Positions 61,523-64,000 of a DNA stretch of 64,000 bases are shown one piece after another (positions within the stretch are counted from its first letter, which is position 1; every line of letters begins with the position of its first letter). The notes beneath the pieces are model-generated. The model ran no database searches. It worked only from the letters and a program-made list of their open reading frames with translations, and was not told the DNA's origin. The stretch comes from an uncultured Faecalimonas sp. GTDB lineage: Bacteria > Bacillota > Clostridia > Lachnospirales > Lachnospiraceae. Both the position numbers and the translations under genes were made by a program. Location of the stretch: assembly GCA_964450635.1 (NCBI GenBank), contig CAYVDA010000001.1:4368-68367 (forward strand). The letters run 5' to 3'.

Positions 61523-61543
61523 TTTTATATTTCCCTTTATTCT

Positions 61544-61573
61544 AAAACAAGGGCGCTCGTCATCAAGCGCCCT
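61544..61573 (-). terminator. Terminator after the amino acid ABC operon
   Basis: AGGGCGCT...AGCGCCCT hairpin followed by TGTTTT on the minus strand. Confidence 0.7.
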
Positions 61574-61594
61574 GTCTTATCTTTCTCTATTTCA

Positions 61595-62371
61595 TTATAA
61601 CACTTTTGATAGGAACTCTTGCAAGCGGGAATCTTTGGGATTCTTGAAAAATTCCTCCGGAGTATTGCTTTCTTTGATTACGCCTTCGTCAATAAACAAG
61701 ACGCGGTTAGCAACTTCTCTTGCAAATCCCATCTCATGGGTAACCACAACCATAGTCATGCCTTCGTTGGCAAGTTCTTTCATAAGATCCAGAACTTCTC
61801 CAACCATCTCCGGATCCAATGCAGAAGTCGGCTCGTCAAACAAGATCACATCCGGATCCATTGCCAGAGAACGAATGATTGCGATTCGCTGCTTCTGTCC
61901 ACCGGAAAGAGTTGACGGATATACATCTGCCTTATCTTCCAATCCGATTCTTTTCAGAAGCATTCTTGCCTTATCTTCCGCCTCTTTCTTTACATCTCTA
62001 CGAGTCTTCTTAGCCTCCGGATGTTCTTTGTTCCATTTTCGAAGTTCCTTACATCCGATATGAACCGGTGCCAACATAATATTCTGCAAAACAGTCTTAT
62101 TATTAAATAAGTTGAAATGCTGGAATACCATACCCATATGGCGTCTGTGGATATTGATATCCACATGCATATCTGCAATGTCTACACCATTGAAGATAAT
62201 GCTTCCCCCTGTCGGGTCCTCCATACAGTTCAGGCAACGGAGAAATGTACTTTTTCCGGAACCTGACGGTCCGATGACTGCTACAATATCTCCTTTGTTG
62301 ATGGTTACGTTAATGCCTTTTAAGACTTCTACGTCTCCAAAGTGTTTTTCCAGATTAATTACGTCTATCAC
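61595..62371 (-). CDS. Polar amino acid ABC transporter ATP-binding protein (GlnQ-like)
   Basis: [26 protein letters not shown] and [16 protein letters not shown] motifs. Confidence 0.95.
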   Translation of the reverse strand: MIDVINLEKHFGDVEVLKGINVTINKGDIVAVIGPSGSGKSTFLRCLNCMEDPTGGSIIFNGVDIADMHVDINIHRRHMGMVFQHFNLFNNKTVLQNIMLAPVHIGCKELRKWNKEHPEAKKTRRDVKKEAEDKARMLLKRIGLEDKADVYPSTLSGGQKQRIAIIRSLAMDPDVILFDEPTSALDPEMVGEVLDLMKELANEGMTMVVVTHEMGFAREVANRVLFIDEGVIKESNTPEEFFKNPKDSRLQEFLSKVL

Positions 62372-63065
62372 TTTTCTTCAGGCTCCTTTCCATCAACTTA
62401 ATCGCTGCGCTGATGATCAACACAAGCACAATGTAAATCAGTGCCATCACAATGTATGGAACCATAAATTCATAGGTGTTTGAACCAATGACATTAAATG
62501 CTTTGTAAAGGTCCGCTGCTCCAACGAAACTCACAACGGATGTTTCTTTAATCAAGGCAATAAATTCATTACCAAGGGTTGGCAGAATATTCTTAATCGC
62601 CTGTGGAATCACAATCTTCAACATGGTAGTCCCAAAACTAAGACCCACGGAACGTCCGCCTTCCATCTGACCCGGATCCACGGACTGGATACCGCTTCGC
62701 ATAATCTCCGAGATATAGGCACCACTGTTCAGACCGAATACCAGCATGGATACTTCCACCCCTGTCATCTTCACTCCCATAATCGGGAACAAAACATAGT
62801 AGAAAATCAACAGCTGTACTACAATCGGTGTTCCACGGAACAAACCAACATAAAAACTACAAATGCCGTTTAAAATACGCGGAAGTACTTTATACTTCGG
62901 AATCACTCGAACCGTTGCAATTAAAGTACCGATAACAATACCGATAATCAAACCGATAATCGCAATGGTCAAGGTATTCTGTAAGCCTTCTAAGACTTTC
63001 GTATATCCATTTTGTTCAATAAATATCTCTAAAAACTTTTCTATCTTTCGATCAAAATTTCCCAT
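62355..63065 (-). CDS. Polar amino acid ABC transporter permease (GlnP-like)
   Basis: [28 protein letters not shown] and IKETS motifs. Confidence 0.95.
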   Translation of the reverse strand: MGNFDRKIEKFLEIFIEQNGYTKVLEGLQNTLTIAIIGLIIGIVIGTLIATVRVIPKYKVLPRILNGICSFYVGLFRGTPIVVQLLIFYYVLFPIMGVKMTGVEVSMLVFGLNSGAYISEIMRSGIQSVDPGQMEGGRSVGLSFGTTMLKIVIPQAIKNILPTLGNEFIALIKETSVVSFVGAADLYKAFNVIGSNTYEFMVPYIVMALIYIVLVLIISAAIKLMERSLKKSDRRN

Positions 63066-63067
63066 AT

Positions 63068-63937
63068 CTATCTCATTTCATTAATTGCTTTTGTAATGCA
63101 CTCTGCCGGTGCAGCATCAATGATGACATAATTGATGTTACCATTTAACATATCCTGCACTGCCAAAGAACCGTTCTTGTATCCTACTGCTTCTACCGGG
63201 AATCCAGCAAAATCCCAATCTTCACTACCTTCTGTATAGTACTGTGCTGTTGTTCCTGACTGGAATCCAATCTTGGTCTTATTGTCTTTCTTGTTCAAGA
63301 TTGCTTCTACTGCTGCTACATCTTTGCAATCATCAAATTCTGTATTGTCAGATGTTACCACTAATTTCTGTGCTGCATTATAGTATGACTCTGTAAATGT
63401 TACATATTCTTTTCTTTCTTCATTTACAGTCAAACCAGCCATTGCGATGTCGCATTTCTGCTGTCCTACAGAAAGACATACCGCATCAAAATCCATGTTC
63501 ACGATTACTAATTCTTTACCAAGCTCTTTTGCCAGCAAAGCAGCAATCTCCATATCGATTCCGTAATAAGAATCTCCTTTCATGTATTCGAATGGTTCGA
63601 ATTCTGCATTGGTTGCTACAACTAACTGATCTTTGGAATCGTCCTGTTTTGCAGATTCTACTGCTACCGGCTCTCCATCACCAAAGAAGTGATCGCAGAT
63701 ATCTGCGAATGTTCCATTGTCCATAATCTTCTTAATGAATGCATTCGTCTGTGCCAATAATTCCGGCTGCGTTTTGTCTACACCGAATGCATACTCTTCA
63801 TTTGTCAATTCCAGGTCAATAATCTTCGCTGTTGTTGCTCCACCTTTGCCTGAGATCTCTTTTCCGTCATTACCTCCACATGCCGTCATGGAAAAGATAC
63901 ATACGACTGCTAATAATACACTTACTAATTTTTTCAT
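63068..63937 (-). CDS. Polar amino acid ABC substrate-binding lipoprotein (family 3), apparently circularly permuted
   Basis: Lipobox MTAC; LVVATNAEFEPFEY, GIDMEIA, ERKEYVTFTESY and VIIDAAPA motifs. The usual C-terminal EEYAFGVDK...GTFADI..FFG block comes first. Confidence 0.88.
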   Translation of the reverse strand: MKKLVSVLLAVVCIFSMTACGGNDGKEISGKGGATTAKIIDLELTNEEYAFGVDKTQPELLAQTNAFIKKIMDNGTFADICDHFFGDGEPVAVESAKQDDSKDQLVVATNAEFEPFEYMKGDSYYGIDMEIAALLAKELGKELVIVNMDFDAVCLSVGQQKCDIAMAGLTVNEERKEYVTFTESYYNAAQKLVVTSDNTEFDDCKDVAAVEAILNKKDNKTKIGFQSGTTAQYYTEGSEDWDFAGFPVEAVGYKNGSLAVQDMLNGNINYVIIDAAPAECITKAINEMR

Positions 63938-64000
63938 GTTTGTTTCCTCCTTCAACTCTTTCATTTGCATAAAAATTCAACACTGCTACCTATTGTAACA

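Noticed and set aside
1-64000. CRISPR arrays, tRNA/rRNA genes, IS elements, prophage or known defence systems
   Set aside because: Intergenic gaps are at most about 300 nt with no spaced repeats or cloverleaf motifs, and I recognised no transposase, integrase, phage or cas genes.

Overview
A gene-dense chromosomal segment from a spore-forming, low-GC Gram-positive anaerobe, Lachnospiraceae-like by gene order and content (inference). Nearly all genes are on the minus strand. Core loci: ftsH-uvrC-hprK-glcK, purEMND, pyrC-F-K-D-E, ftsEX-M23-S41, a two-component system-ung-arsR-TPR-hflX-addBA run, a pssA/psd lipid operon, a group B [FeFe] hydrogenase with a Rex-like operator, mutY and a polar amino acid ABC transporter. 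I saw no rRNA, tRNA, CRISPR array, integrase or transposase. Most notable oddities: (1) an ABC substrate-binding lipoprotein that appears circularly permuted; (2) an uncharacterised operon with a 40-aa membrane microprotein absent from the ORF track, a two-state hairpin, an ArsB/NhaD-type permease and a CMK-like protein; (3) two Aur1-like PAP2 lipid loci, one with pssA/psd and a flippase-like protein, one with a non-canonical acyltransferase and a HAMP-deleted kinase; (4) a Mollicutes-type MAG1210/LemA pair; (5) an amidohydrolase-OB-fold fusion that keeps an internal ribosome-binding site; (6) a rhamnose-mutarotase-like remnant broken at an A_AAA_AAG slippery site. All family calls come from motif recognition by eye; no searches were run.
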